Assembly: GCA_963668175.1 (NCBI GenBank)
Contig: OY764159.1
Location: 2,720,001-2,784,000 of the forward strand
DNA: 64,000 nt
Direction of reading: 5' to 3'
Source of the DNA: Syntrophales bacterium
Lineage (GTDB): Bacteria > Desulfobacterota > Syntrophia > Syntrophales > PHBD01
The notes beneath the pieces are model-generated. The model was not told where the DNA came from and searched no databases. It saw only the letters and a program-made list of their open reading frames with translations. Both the position numbers and the translations under genes were made by a program. Below are positions 39,996 to 49,002 of the stretch, in pieces (position 1 is the first letter of the stretch; each line of letters starts with the position of its first letter).

Positions 39996-40579
39996 TTAGG
40001 CCTTATTTCAACAACTGGTACACGGGGACATACTTTGGTCAACAGACATATAGTTGGGATTGTAGCGGCTTTGGTGGCGATTTTAACGTCTATACAAATT
40101 TGACGCATGCCTGCCCAAGTAGCGGAAGTATCGCCATCGATTCATTGGAGGTATATGTCCTTGCGCCACTTATGATGTCAGTTAAGGTCGCCATATATAC
40201 CGTGGATGGCTCACTGATCGCTGAAAGCACAAGTGCAAAAACTCCTGGTACGTCAATGGCCTGGCTTGCGTGGAGTTCGTCTGAACTGACATGGCATAAC
40301 GGCTATAATTATCTAACGGGCGGAACATATTACAGACTGGCCGTTTTTGTGATGCCTGGGGAAACTTATGTAAGATTTGGAGTGAATACCTGCACGACAG
40401 GGGACATCGCGGGATTAAGCAGTCAGTCCTACTCGTCTATGCCCGATCCGATCCCCGGAGGATTGTCCAATACCAATGCGGGTCTAATGATCCGATGCCG
40501 GGTGTCAGCTGGAGGCGGAGGATTTATAGCAAAGGCGAGGCGTTCAATAAGCCAGAGGGTCGGCGTAAGAGGAGGGTGA
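39992..40579 (+). CDS. Hypothetical beta-sandwich phage protein
   Basis: ATGA coupling; lower GC. Confidence 0.65.
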   Translation: MIRPYFNNWYTGTYFGQQTYSWDCSGFGGDFNVYTNLTHACPSSGSIAIDSLEVYVLAPLMMSVKVAIYTVDGSLIAESTSAKTPGTSMAWLAWSSSELTWHNGYNYLTGGTYYRLAVFVMPGETYVRFGVNTCTTGDIAGLSSQSYSSMPDPIPGGLSNTNAGLMIRCRVSAGGGGFIAKARRSISQRVGVRGG

Positions 40580-40580
40580 A

Positions 40581-41660
40581 ATGTCCAGTTTTCAGGGATT
40601 CTTAAAACAATCAACGGCGAAAAATGTCACCATCTTGATGATAGATTCGTCGGACCATATCACCGGCAAGACCGGCCTGACGCTGACGACTTACCTGTCG
40701 AAGGATTGCAACACCCCTGCCACCATTACGCCGACGGTGACGGAACTTGATGCCATGAACATGAAGGGGGTTTATAAGCTGGCCCTGACGGCCGCCCACA
40801 CGGATACATTAGGAGAATTCAAGCTCATGGTTTCGGCTACGGGAGCGGACCCTGTCGATTATAAATGGCAGGTCTGCTCGTACCTTCCCGGCGAAGCAGC
40901 AACCCTGCAATCGGACCAGGCTGTCAATGTGACGAAGATCGCGGGCGCGACGGTTGATGCTAACACAGCTCAGCTCGGTGTGAACGTCGTGAACTGGAAA
41001 GGTTCGGCGGCTCAGAACATGACAGGGGATGCCTATGCAAGGCTCGGCGCACCGGCGGGGGCGTCCCTCTCTGCCGATATTGCCGCCGTCAATGCAAAGA
41101 CAACGAACCTGCCGGCCTCGCCGGCGGCCGTCGGGTCCGCGATGACTCTGCAAGCCTCCGCAGTTCAGGCCGTCTGGGATGCTTTGACAAGTGCCTTCAC
41201 AACCAGTGGAAGTATAGGCAAACGGCTGTCCGACAATGTCGATGCCCAGATATCGACGAGATCCACCTTCGCCGGCGGCGCCGTATCGAGTGTCACGGGC
41301 AACGTCGGCGGGTCCGTGAACTCCGTTAATAGCCCTGTGACGGTAGGAACAAACAATGACAAGCTGAATTACGGCTTGTCTTCCGCAGCTGTCCAGGCAG
41401 TCTGGGACGCCCTTGCATCGGCCCTGACGACGGCAGGGAGCATCGGCAAGCGCATCGCCGATTACCTGACTGGCGACGCCTATGCGCGCCTCGGTGCGCC
41501 GTCGGGCGCATCCGTAGCGGCCGATATCGCGGCCGTCAAGACCCAGACGGACAAGATGACGTTCGACGCCTCCAACAGGATTGCTTCCAACACCAAGGCC
41601 GTCAACGACGCGACGCTCGCCGGAGCCGGCACTTCCGGGAGCCCCTGGGGGCCCGCATGA
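40581..41660 (+). CDS. Fibre-like virion protein with internal repeats
   Basis: TGDAYARLGAPxGASxxADIAAV twice and AVQAVWDAL...GSIGKR twice. Confidence 0.7.
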   Translation: MSSFQGFLKQSTAKNVTILMIDSSDHITGKTGLTLTTYLSKDCNTPATITPTVTELDAMNMKGVYKLALTAAHTDTLGEFKLMVSATGADPVDYKWQVCSYLPGEAATLQSDQAVNVTKIAGATVDANTAQLGVNVVNWKGSAAQNMTGDAYARLGAPAGASLSADIAAVNAKTTNLPASPAAVGSAMTLQASAVQAVWDALTSAFTTSGSIGKRLSDNVDAQISTRSTFAGGAVSSVTGNVGGSVNSVNSPVTVGTNNDKLNYGLSSAAVQAVWDALASALTTAGSIGKRIADYLTGDAYARLGAPSGASVAADIAAVKTQTDKMTFDASNRIASNTKAVNDATLAGAGTSGSPWGPA

Positions 41661-41833
41661 GTATAGGCAATTCCTGGGCGGCGAACAGCTGGACGTCGGC
41701 CGCGTGGGCGGCAAACAGCTGGCAAAACTGGACCGTTGAAGCGTCGACCGCCGGCATGTACCTCATCATCGACGCGGACGGAAACGTCGAAGTCAAATAC
41801 TGCACGAAGGTGAAGCAACTCGGGACGGCATAG
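41657..41833 (+). CDS. Small Trp-rich phage protein (not in the ORF track)
   Basis: ATGA coupling; MSIGNSWAANSWTSAAWAANSWQNW... Confidence 0.55.
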   Translation: MSIGNSWAANSWTSAAWAANSWQNWTVEASTAGMYLIIDADGNVEVKYCTKVKQLGTA

Positions 41834-41842
41834 GAGGATGAC

Positions 41843-42085
41843 ATGCTCTGGGTAACGATATCGAAGAAATGGCACCAACCGACGATCTACACGAATCTCA
41901 CGCGGGACGACGGGATCGAGCTGTCCTTGCCCGTGGCGGACTTTGTCGAGGCCGTGCGGCGGGAGATCGGCTCGGTGACCTTCACCATGACGGAGGCCCA
42001 GTTCAAAGCAAAGATCGAGGCGGCGCGGGACATCGTGATCGAGGGCATCAAGGAGGAGTCGGTCAAGTGCGTAGGGGTGAATTGA
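41843..42085 (+). CDS. Hypothetical phage protein
   Basis: AGGAGG RBS; coupled to the next gene. Confidence 0.65.
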   Translation: MLWVTISKKWHQPTIYTNLTRDDGIELSLPVADFVEAVRREIGSVTFTMTEAQFKAKIEAARDIVIEGIKEESVKCVGVN

Positions 42086-42513
42086 TGGACGCCCATACGA
42101 TTCCCTTCGTTCCGGACCACATCGGCGAACTCAATCTGTCGCCGGATTTTCCGTTCGAGAGCCGGAACCTGGATTTCTTCGTCAAGGCGGGACCGGCCGT
42201 AACACTCGTCGTGGACGGCCGTAAGATCGGCTGCGGCGGCGTGGCCTTTCCCTGGGACGGCATGGGCGAAGCCTGGGCCTGTTTCGATGTGGACGTCGCC
42301 AGGTATCCGCTTTGCGCGTTCAAGCTGTCCCGCAAATTTCTGGACGATGTTTTCATGGCGTGCGGCATGAGGCGGATGCAGGCCATGGTCCGGGCGGACG
42401 CGCCCCGGCACCGCCGGTTCGTCGAGCACCTGGGATTTTCGTTCGAAGGCCTTCTGCAGGCCTTCGACAAGGACGGTAACGATTTCATGATGTATGCGAG
42501 GATCAAACCATGA
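42085..42513 (+). CDS. GNAT-fold virion protein (T7 gp13-like position)
   Basis: IGCGGV...GEAW...RRMQAMV...RFVEHLGFSFEG; precedes the internal virion genes. Confidence 0.78.
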   Translation: MDAHTIPFVPDHIGELNLSPDFPFESRNLDFFVKAGPAVTLVVDGRKIGCGGVAFPWDGMGEAWACFDVDVARYPLCAFKLSRKFLDDVFMACGMRRMQAMVRADAPRHRRFVEHLGFSFEGLLQAFDKDGNDFMMYARIKP

Positions 42514-43235
42514 GCGCAAGTTATGCACAGGCCGGGATGGCGCAGTTTTTCACCTCGGCGTCTTCGGCGAATCAGCAGTATACGGACTGGGAGTTGGGGG
42601 AACGCCAGCGGTACGCCTATCAACTCAAGTCACAGCTCTCCTGGCGCGAGGGCGAGATGGAGCAGCTTGCCATCAACGCCGAGAAATACCAGGCGAACGT
42701 CCAGGCGGTCCAGGCTGCGGCGGCGCAAAGCGATGCAGACGCACTGGCCGAGGCGGGACGGATGAAGGCACAGGCCCTCCAGGAAGACACGAACACGAAG
42801 GCGGCCCAGCTTTACGCCCATGCCGCCAAGTTCGGCGCGTTGACAAACAGCGGTTCGACGCTGGAGATCCTGAACGCCTTCGCCGCGAAGCGCGCCCAAA
42901 GCCTGGCGGAACAGAAATGGCAGACGGGCCAGCAGGTCTACGGTAAGAACATCGACGCCTACACAAAAGCGTCTCAGGCGGCGCTCACGCTTTACGACAC
43001 GAAGCTCAGGGAAGGCAACCTGCCCATGTACGCCTACCAGGGCGGGCTTTACATGATGGCCGGAGAGCAGGCGAAGAAAGACGCCACGGCCCGGATCGTC
43101 GCCGATCAGATTGCGGAGCTGGCGAAATCGGCCGAGATCTGGGGCAACGCCGCCGGAGGCGGCGGAAGCGGGGGCGGGGGCAGTATGGGCGGCATGACTT
43201 TTAATTTCGGCGGCAGCGGTGCTCCTAGCCAATAA
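42510..43235 (+). CDS. Internal virion/ejection protein (gp14-like)
   Basis: Ala/Gln-rich helical protein with Gly-rich tail; synteny. Confidence 0.6.
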   Translation: MSASYAQAGMAQFFTSASSANQQYTDWELGERQRYAYQLKSQLSWREGEMEQLAINAEKYQANVQAVQAAAAQSDADALAEAGRMKAQALQEDTNTKAAQLYAHAAKFGALTNSGSTLEILNAFAAKRAQSLAEQKWQTGQQVYGKNIDAYTKASQAALTLYDTKLREGNLPMYAYQGGLYMMAGEQAKKDATARIVADQIAELAKSAEIWGNAAGGGGSGGGGSMGGMTFNFGGSGAPSQ

Positions 43236-43256
43236 AGAACCATAAGGTGATATATC

Positions 43257-44948
43257 ATGCAGATCGTCATACCTGAAGAATTGACGGGATCGACGGAGTA
43301 TACGGCGGCTTCGCAGATGTCGAGATCCCTCTCCGCGATGGCGGACGTCTTCGCCAAGCAGTCGGCGCAGAGCGCCCAACGGAACCGGCAGCTGGACGAG
43401 ACCGTGGGGGTCATGCAGGACAGCAACAAAATCAACCAGACGTGTAACGATGCGGTCGCGCAATATAAGGGGATGACTTCCTATGAACGGGAACTGCGCG
43501 CGCAAAGCGGGTACGATCCGCTGGAAGACGACGCCAGACAGAAAATCGAGGAGGAGCGGGCAAAAATTACGAACCCGATCAGACTTGCTCTCTTCGATCG
43601 GGCGAGTCAAAGGGCCTTATATCAGGGGAGAGAAAAGGCCGATGCGATTATGACCGGCAAGATGAAGGTGGAGGCGCAGGGCGCATTAGACGCCTCTACG
43701 GAGTATCGGGTCGACTATACTCTTAACGGGTATCAAGAACCGAAAATCCCCTTATCCTCCGATCCCGATGCTCATCTTGAGGCCGTTGCCCGTGACAGAA
43801 GGCAATTCATGGCTAATCAGTATCGCGAACAACAGAGCTATCTGGCCGCAACCGTTGCTGGAGGGATGATCAACCAGGCCGAGGCCAAGGCACGCGACAC
43901 GTTGTTCCTAACGAACGTTGCATCGGGTCTTGCGGCCCAGGGGAGGATGACCGAAGCGGACGACTGGCTTGAAAGTAACCGTAACGCGATGACGCCGCAA
44001 AATTACGACCGTGCATACGCGAAACTTCGGCAGATACGCCAGGATGCGGACGTATCGAATCTCAAGGCGTATCTGAACGACCGTCATGTGATCAATCCGG
44101 TCGATCCCTATAATGCGGACGGAATGGAAACGTCGCCCCTGGAAAGAGCACAAGAAGCCGTTAAAGAGGCGACGTCGCCGGGTTTCGCCGAAGGGTACGG
44201 CCCCGATACGGTGAAGCGTGTGCAAGCAGCCGTGATCGGCCAATACGCCGAGCAGCGCGATCAATATAGGAACAAGCTCCCCGAAGTCCTGGGCGGGTTG
44301 TTGTCGGACGTCATGAACCGCAAGATCACCTCGGAGCAGCTGATGAACGATCATAACTTTCGGTACCTGAATTATCCTGAAAAGACTAATGTCCGCAATT
44401 TTACCGAGGCCGTCCAAAGGGCGGACGCTGCGGAAGCCGTCCAAGAAGGATCTCTGAATATGAAAGAGCGCCAGGAGATCTGGCGGAAGCAACAGAAGGA
44501 TGCGGTGAATAAAGCGGGGGAAATCAGGACCAACATTGCGCGCGGCCTCTATGCGAACCCGGCGGAAATGTTGCCCGAGTATTCCCGGTCGGACAATCCG
44601 CTCATTCTGAAACAATACCCCCAGGCGATGGCGGAATACAAACTTATTCAAGGCAATCGCGATTTGAAGGCGAATCTCGAACGCATCGCAACTGCGGCCG
44701 ACCAGGGCGTGCTCCATGCCGACGGGCCCGATCAAAACATGGCGGCGAGAGGATCGCTGCAGGACGATCTCATGGATATGTATAAGTCCGACAATACATT
44801 CCGCGGCGACAAAATGGAAAAGTGGGTCAAAGAGAAAATTCAGGAGATGGTGAAAAAGGCCGTGGGACAGTTGCTGGACAGGCAATTCCCCCTGATACCG
44901 GTTGTGAAAGCGTCCGAGGAACAGGGCGGCATAAAAGGCGGCGTGTAA
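43257..44948 (+). CDS. Internal virion/ejection protein (gp15-like)
   Basis: 563-aa helical protein; synteny. Confidence 0.6.
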   Translation: MQIVIPEELTGSTEYTAASQMSRSLSAMADVFAKQSAQSAQRNRQLDETVGVMQDSNKINQTCNDAVAQYKGMTSYERELRAQSGYDPLEDDARQKIEEERAKITNPIRLALFDRASQRALYQGREKADAIMTGKMKVEAQGALDASTEYRVDYTLNGYQEPKIPLSSDPDAHLEAVARDRRQFMANQYREQQSYLAATVAGGMINQAEAKARDTLFLTNVASGLAAQGRMTEADDWLESNRNAMTPQNYDRAYAKLRQIRQDADVSNLKAYLNDRHVINPVDPYNADGMETSPLERAQEAVKEATSPGFAEGYGPDTVKRVQAAVIGQYAEQRDQYRNKLPEVLGGLLSDVMNRKITSEQLMNDHNFRYLNYPEKTNVRNFTEAVQRADAAEAVQEGSLNMKERQEIWRKQQKDAVNKAGEIRTNIARGLYANPAEMLPEYSRSDNPLILKQYPQAMAEYKLIQGNRDLKANLERIATAADQGVLHADGPDQNMAARGSLQDDLMDMYKSDNTFRGDKMEKWVKEKIQEMVKKAVGQLLDRQFPLIPVVKASEEQGGIKGGV

Positions 44949-44975
44949 GCATCCTGCGGTTTTTACCGCGCCGCA

Positions 44976-46700
44976 TTGCATGGTCGTACGGATGGCGCAC
45001 AGGAACAAGGCATGGAATCGGCCAATGGCGGACAGGTGAATGAGATGGCATACGAAAGCGAAACAGGATCGATCCCGGAGAGTGCCGACGGATACATGCC
45101 GACGGGACCGCATGACAACCTGAAATATGCTCCTGCGGTTTTTTACACAGAGCCGGGAAAAGACGGTCGGAATGAACCCTCGGGGACCGATGCGTTAACC
45201 GCCTGGTTAAGAAACGCCGTATTTATCCATGGTGTCGATGACAAAATGGAAGAAGTCGCGATGCAAAACGCCGTCGCCTGGTCCAGAATGCTCAACATTC
45301 CCGCCTCCGTCGCCTATGAGTATGGACCGGATATATCGAAGATGATCCGGAGTCGGGCGGATTCAAACAACTTCGTCACGGATTCGGGTATTGCCGACCC
45401 TCGGATCGTTATGGAGGACGAAAGGAAGAAAGACGAAACCGGCCGGTTCTACGGCATGGACGGGATGAATGCGGCCGACGCGATCGCCGGCGGATCGCCT
45501 CCGCAACAACCGGAAGGCAGGAATCCGTTCCGGAATATCTATGAGGCCAAGCGAAGGTCCCGTGCGGAATTGACCTACGAAGAACTTCAGGCGCGCCTGG
45601 CCTCCGACTGGATGCGTGAGGGAATGAGCAAGGAAGCCGCGATGGCCGAGGCATACGGCCATACGTCGGCGCAGACGGAAGCCTACGACCCGTTCACATT
45701 GTTTGCCGGGGGATTGGGCGCAGGCTATCGCCTGGGAAACACGGCGGCGAGCGTGGGCGAGCGGCTGTTCAGGGCGGGCGTGCAGTCGGCCGTCATGACG
45801 GCGGCGGATATCCCGATCAGCGGGATGATCACCCCCGCCATCGAGGAGAAGTATCCCGGCCTGGCCCTTCCGGCGAATCTCATCCTCAGCGTCATATCGG
45901 GCATCTCCATCGAGAAGGGCGCGGAGAAAGGCCTGATCAAGCTACTCGAAAGCAAAGGCATTAAAAACGCCGGGGCGGCAGCCGCGGAGATAAAAGCGGG
46001 TCTTGCCGAAAAGGCCGGAAGCGGGGAATTGGGGACGATGCTCGACAAGGCCATCGAGGCACGCGGCGGTGCGGCGGATAAGATCAGACCGCCGGCAACC
46101 GATATGAATGCGGCCGGTCCCGCCGAAGGCGTCAAGGCGGAAGGGGTGACGAGCAAACCAATTAATGGTTCATTTGTCAAAACAGAGAATCTACCAAAGA
46201 ACACGATCGTTGGAGACGAAAAAGCGATTGGCGCTTTGGTTGACTTCACCCTCGAAGATAAGACGAATGTGAAACGTGCGGTGCGATTTCAAACTGTGAC
46301 GCCTGAAGAGGCGGCAAGTCTCAAAGAACGGACAAGTCTCGAATTGGAAGGATATCATCACACGATAGATAATTATGGGATCAAGCACGTGCTGGAGCAA
46401 CATGGCGATCTGATTTCAGAGGGGCATCGTGGCCAATTGCCGATTGAAAGGAGCGATATCCAGATGATTCCGGAGATTGTCAATAACTATGATTCTGTGA
46501 AGTTGATTCCAAAAGGATCGAAAGGCGATGCTAGTCCTGCATTAGACCTTATAAGATACGAAAAAAGGATTGATGGATCCGTCTATTATGTCGAGGAGAT
46601 TAGGACCGGCCGGAATGAACTGACAACAAAATCCTTATGGAAGACGCGCGCCGCGAAAGATTCCAAGCCTGATGGCTCGAACCCTTTCTCTACGCCCTAA
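44976..46700 (+). CDS. Internal virion (gp16-slot) protein with C-terminal PBECR3-like nuclease domain (NucA)
   Basis: C-terminus HTIDNYGIKHVLEQHG...GQLPIERSDIQMIPEIVNNYD...YEKRIDGSVYYVEEIRTGRNELTTKSLWK resembles PBECR3; true start may be 45012 or 45045. Confidence 0.72.
   Translation: MHGRTDGAQEQGMESANGGQVNEMAYESETGSIPESADGYMPTGPHDNLKYAPAVFYTEPGKDGRNEPSGTDALTAWLRNAVFIHGVDDKMEEVAMQNAVAWSRMLNIPASVAYEYGPDISKMIRSRADSNNFVTDSGIADPRIVMEDERKKDETGRFYGMDGMNAADAIAGGSPPQQPEGRNPFRNIYEAKRRSRAELTYEELQARLASDWMREGMSKEAAMAEAYGHTSAQTEAYDPFTLFAGGLGAGYRLGNTAASVGERLFRAGVQSAVMTAADIPISGMITPAIEEKYPGLALPANLILSVISGISIEKGAEKGLIKLLESKGIKNAGAAAAEIKAGLAEKAGSGELGTMLDKAIEARGGAADKIRPPATDMNAAGPAEGVKAEGVTSKPINGSFVKTENLPKNTIVGDEKAIGALVDFTLEDKTNVKRAVRFQTVTPEEAASLKERTSLELEGYHHTIDNYGIKHVLEQHGDLISEGHRGQLPIERSDIQMIPEIVNNYDSVKLIPKGSKGDASPALDLIRYEKRIDGSVYYVEEIRTGRNELTTKSLWKTRAAKDSKPDGSNPFSTP
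45565..46142 (+). repeat. 578-bp direct repeat, copy 1 (shared core)
   Basis: Matches 47300-47877 at offset 1735; about 11 mismatches counted by eye. Confidence 0.95.
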
Positions 46701-46728
46701 ACGACGGACGGCAATCCCCATAAGGACG
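46628..46728 (-). ncRNA. Predicted structured small RNA type A, copy 1 (antisense to the NucA 3' end)
   Basis: Begins just after a perfect promoter; closed by a UCCUUAUGG/CCAUAAGGA stem then UUUU; ~93% identical to 48901-48997. Confidence 0.62.
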
Positions 46729-46733
46729 TAATT

Positions 46734-46762
46734 ATTATATCTCCTGCCGTCAAAGATGTCAA
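46734..46762 (-). promoter_or_regulatory. Perfect consensus sigma70 promoter
   Basis: TTGACA (46762-46757)-N17-TATAAT (46739-46734). Confidence 0.85.
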
Positions 46763-46809
46763 GGAGAATGGAGCCGAAGTGAATGAAAATAAGGATTAAA
46801 TTGTGGACT

Positions 46810-46925
46810 ACCAGGCCGCTGTGACACGGCGCCGTGATTGGGGTGGCTGTAAAAGAAAAAAGCGAAGAAGGCAAAGTGTTCCGAACCGTTTACGATTGGG
46901 GCGATGTGAGTAGGAAAGTGAAGAG
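46810..46925 (+). pseudogene. Decayed remnant of the NucB 3' end
   Basis: VAVKEKSEEGKVFRTVYDWGDVSRKVK versus VVVKETKQEGKVFRTVYDWSDVSDKVK in 47062-48495. Confidence 0.8.
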
Positions 46926-47001
46926 AACCCCCCCGCTGGTTCATCTTCCAGCCAACCGGTTTATGGGGTGGGCGGGGCACCCTGGGGTTTCCCGATTGAC
47001 T
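46910..47001 (-). ncRNA. Predicted small RNA type B, orphan copy
   Basis: About 94% identical (5 differences in 84 nt) to 48494-48577; lies downstream of promoter 47008-47036. Confidence 0.55.
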
Positions 47002-47007
47002 GACGAT

Positions 47008-47036
47008 ATTTTACACGAATAATTCGGTGATGTCAA
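47008..47036 (-). promoter_or_regulatory. Near-consensus sigma70 promoter
   Basis: TTGACA (47036-47031)-N17-TAAAAT (47013-47008). Confidence 0.8.
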
Positions 47037-47061
47037 GTGATATTAGACGGTTATACGTTAT

Positions 47062-48495
47062 GTGACGACAGATGTGATCCAAGAGAATTTTACGACGGCA
47101 CTGCAAAAAATCCGGCAATCGTGCGAATCGATGCCTAATCACGGAAATAAAAGTATGACCGTGTCAGCCGTAAACCATCTGATGAGATATAATGGCGCCT
47201 CCGTCCCGGGGCTGATCGCCGGCGGATCGTACCCGCCGCAACCACTGGAAGGCAACAATCCGTACCGTAATATCTATGAGGCAAACCGAAGACCCCTGTC
47301 GGAATTGACCTACGAAGAACTTCAGGCGCGCCTGGCCTCCGACTGGATGCGTGAGGGAATGAGCAAGGAAGCCGCGATGGCCGAGGCATACGGCCATACG
47401 TCGGCGCAGACGGAAGCCTACGACCCGTTCACATTGTTTGCCGGGGGATTGGGCGCAGGCTATCGCCTGGGAAATACGGCAGCGAGCGTAGGCGAGCGGC
47501 TGTTCAGGGCGGGCGTGCAGTCGGCCGTCATGACGGCGGCGGATATCCCGATCAGCGGGATGATCACCCCCGCCATCGAGGAGAAGTATCCCGGCCTGGC
47601 CCTTCCGGCGAATCTCATCCTCAGCGTCATATCGGGCGTCTCCATCGAGAAGGGCGCGGAGAAAGGCCTGATCAAGCTACTCGAAAGCAAAGGCATTAAA
47701 AACGCCGGGGCGGCAGCCGCGGAGATAAAAGCGGGTCTTGCCGAAAAGGCCGGAAGCGGGGAATTAGGACCGACGCTCGACAAGGCCATCGAGGCACGCG
47801 GCGGTGCGGGGGAGAAGATCAAACCGCCGGCAACCGATATGAATGCGGCCGGTCCCGCCGAAGGCGTCAAGGCGGAAAGTCAACTCGGCGACAGTGCCGC
47901 ATCTGCCGTGGAGAAAGAAGAAGCCGCCGCGGCCAATGCGTGGGCTGTGGAAAGATCGCCTTCGATCTCCACCGAGAAAATCGACGGCGTCAACGTCATC
48001 CAGAGCAGCAAAGAGAGCAGAATCGGCAGGGCCTACGATATTGTCATGCAATACCTGCCCCGTCCCGTAAAAAATCTCTTCGACGCGAAAACGACGGATG
48101 TCGAAACGGCCATAGAAAAAGGCGAAAAATTCTACCGAGGGGAATTGATGAACGCTCCCGTGAAAGCACCCGCCTTCGACGGCGATAATGTGAATTTCAC
48201 GATGAGTGGATTCCTGCATGTTTCGGCTCAGGATGGACGTGTATTGAAAACGGAAGATATTACAAGACGGATTAACCTTTTGCCGAAAGCGAAGGAGGTT
48301 CTGACAAATACGCCTTGCGTTGATGAAATGAGAATATGGCCCAATGGAGATAGAACATATGGGTTGCTCGGCCGCTTTGATGACGGCTCCGTAATCAGGG
48401 TTGTCGTAAAGGAGACAAAGCAAGAGGGCAAGGTATTCCGAACAGTTTACGATTGGAGCGACGTGAGCGACAAAGTGAAGAAATCAGGAATATGA
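47062..48495 (+). CDS. N-truncated paralog with an alternative C-terminal LPD3/BECR-like nuclease domain (NucB)
   Basis: Shares a 192-codon core with 44976-46700, then VKAPAFDGDNVNFTMSGFLHV...RRINLLPKAKEVL...IRVVVKETKQEGKVFRTVYDW; start uncertain. Confidence 0.68.
   Translation: MTTDVIQENFTTALQKIRQSCESMPNHGNKSMTVSAVNHLMRYNGASVPGLIAGGSYPPQPLEGNNPYRNIYEANRRPLSELTYEELQARLASDWMREGMSKEAAMAEAYGHTSAQTEAYDPFTLFAGGLGAGYRLGNTAASVGERLFRAGVQSAVMTAADIPISGMITPAIEEKYPGLALPANLILSVISGVSIEKGAEKGLIKLLESKGIKNAGAAAAEIKAGLAEKAGSGELGPTLDKAIEARGGAGEKIKPPATDMNAAGPAEGVKAESQLGDSAASAVEKEEAAAANAWAVERSPSISTEKIDGVNVIQSSKESRIGRAYDIVMQYLPRPVKNLFDAKTTDVETAIEKGEKFYRGELMNAPVKAPAFDGDNVNFTMSGFLHVSAQDGRVLKTEDITRRINLLPKAKEVLTNTPCVDEMRIWPNGDRTYGLLGRFDDGSVIRVVVKETKQEGKVFRTVYDWSDVSDKVKKSGI
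47300..47877 (+). repeat. 578-bp direct repeat, copy 2 (shared core)
   Basis: Matches 45565-46142. Confidence 0.95.
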
Positions 48496-48575
48496 AGAGA
48501 ACCCCCCCGCTGGTTCATCTTCGAGCCAACCGGTTCATGGGGTGGGCGGGGCACCCTAGGGGATCCCGATTGACT
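48481..48575 (-). ncRNA. Predicted small RNA type B, cognate copy convergent on NucB
   Basis: Closing stem AAUCGGGA/UCCUGAUU and internal CCCCGC/GCGGGG; lies downstream of promoter 48582-48610. Confidence 0.6.
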
Positions 48576-48581
48576 GATTAT

Positions 48582-48610
48582 ATTTTACACGAATAATTCG
48601 GAGATGTCAA
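48582..48610 (-). promoter_or_regulatory. Near-consensus sigma70 promoter
   Basis: TTGACA (48610-48605)-N17-TAAAAT (48587-48582). Confidence 0.8.
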
Positions 48611-48635
48611 GTGATATTCGATGGTTATACGTTAT

Positions 48636-48970
48636 ATGACGATGGATGCGATTCAAAAGATTTTGATGATGGCACTGCAAGAAATCAAGGAAAATAAAAC
48701 ATGACCGTATCGGCCGTAAATCATCCGATGAAATGCAACGGCAACGCCGTTCCGTGGCCGATCGCCGGCGGAACGTTTCTGCCGGAGCGGGAAGGCGGGA
48801 ACAGCCCGGTACTCGACCTCATCTCGAAAGAAAGAAGGATTGATGGATCTGTCTATCGCATCGAAAAAGTGAGGGCAGGACGGAACGATCTGATAAAAAA
48901 TCCTTATGGAGGCCGCGCGCCGCGTAAGATTCCAAGCCTGATGGCTAGAACCCTTTCTCGACGCCCGAAG
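48636..48970 (+). pseudogene. Deleted third cassette: decayed N-terminus of the NucB-type gene fused to the decayed NucA 3' end
   Basis: MTVSAVNH...IAGG matches 47155-47230; SPVLDLISKERRIDGSVYRIEKVRAGRNDL matches NucA SPALDLIRYEKRIDGSVYYVEEIRTGRNEL, then frameshifts. Confidence 0.8.
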
Positions 48971-48997
48971 CGACGGACGGCAATCCCCATAAGGACG
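48895..48997 (-). ncRNA. Predicted structured small RNA type A, orphan copy
   Basis: Same closing stem followed by U6; 7 differences in 97 nt from copy 1. Confidence 0.6.
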
Positions 48998-49002
48998 ATC
49001 AT

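Noticed and set aside
46650..46700. Hammerhead ribozyme or tRNA (CTGATG; GGGTTCGA on the minus strand)
   Set aside because: The CUGANGA/GAAA core and the cloverleaf with a proper T-arm and CCA could not be built.
46635..47022. Short ORFs (46635-46874 minus, 46759-46980 minus, 46834-47022 plus) as protein immunity genes
   Set aside because: No convincing RBS, reading frames are not preserved between duplicate copies, and the plus-strand one is the decayed NucB tail.
46530..49000. Diversity-generating retroelement (template/variable repeat pairs)
   Set aside because: Differences between repeat copies affect all four bases and include indels rather than being adenine-specific; no reverse transcriptase in the window.
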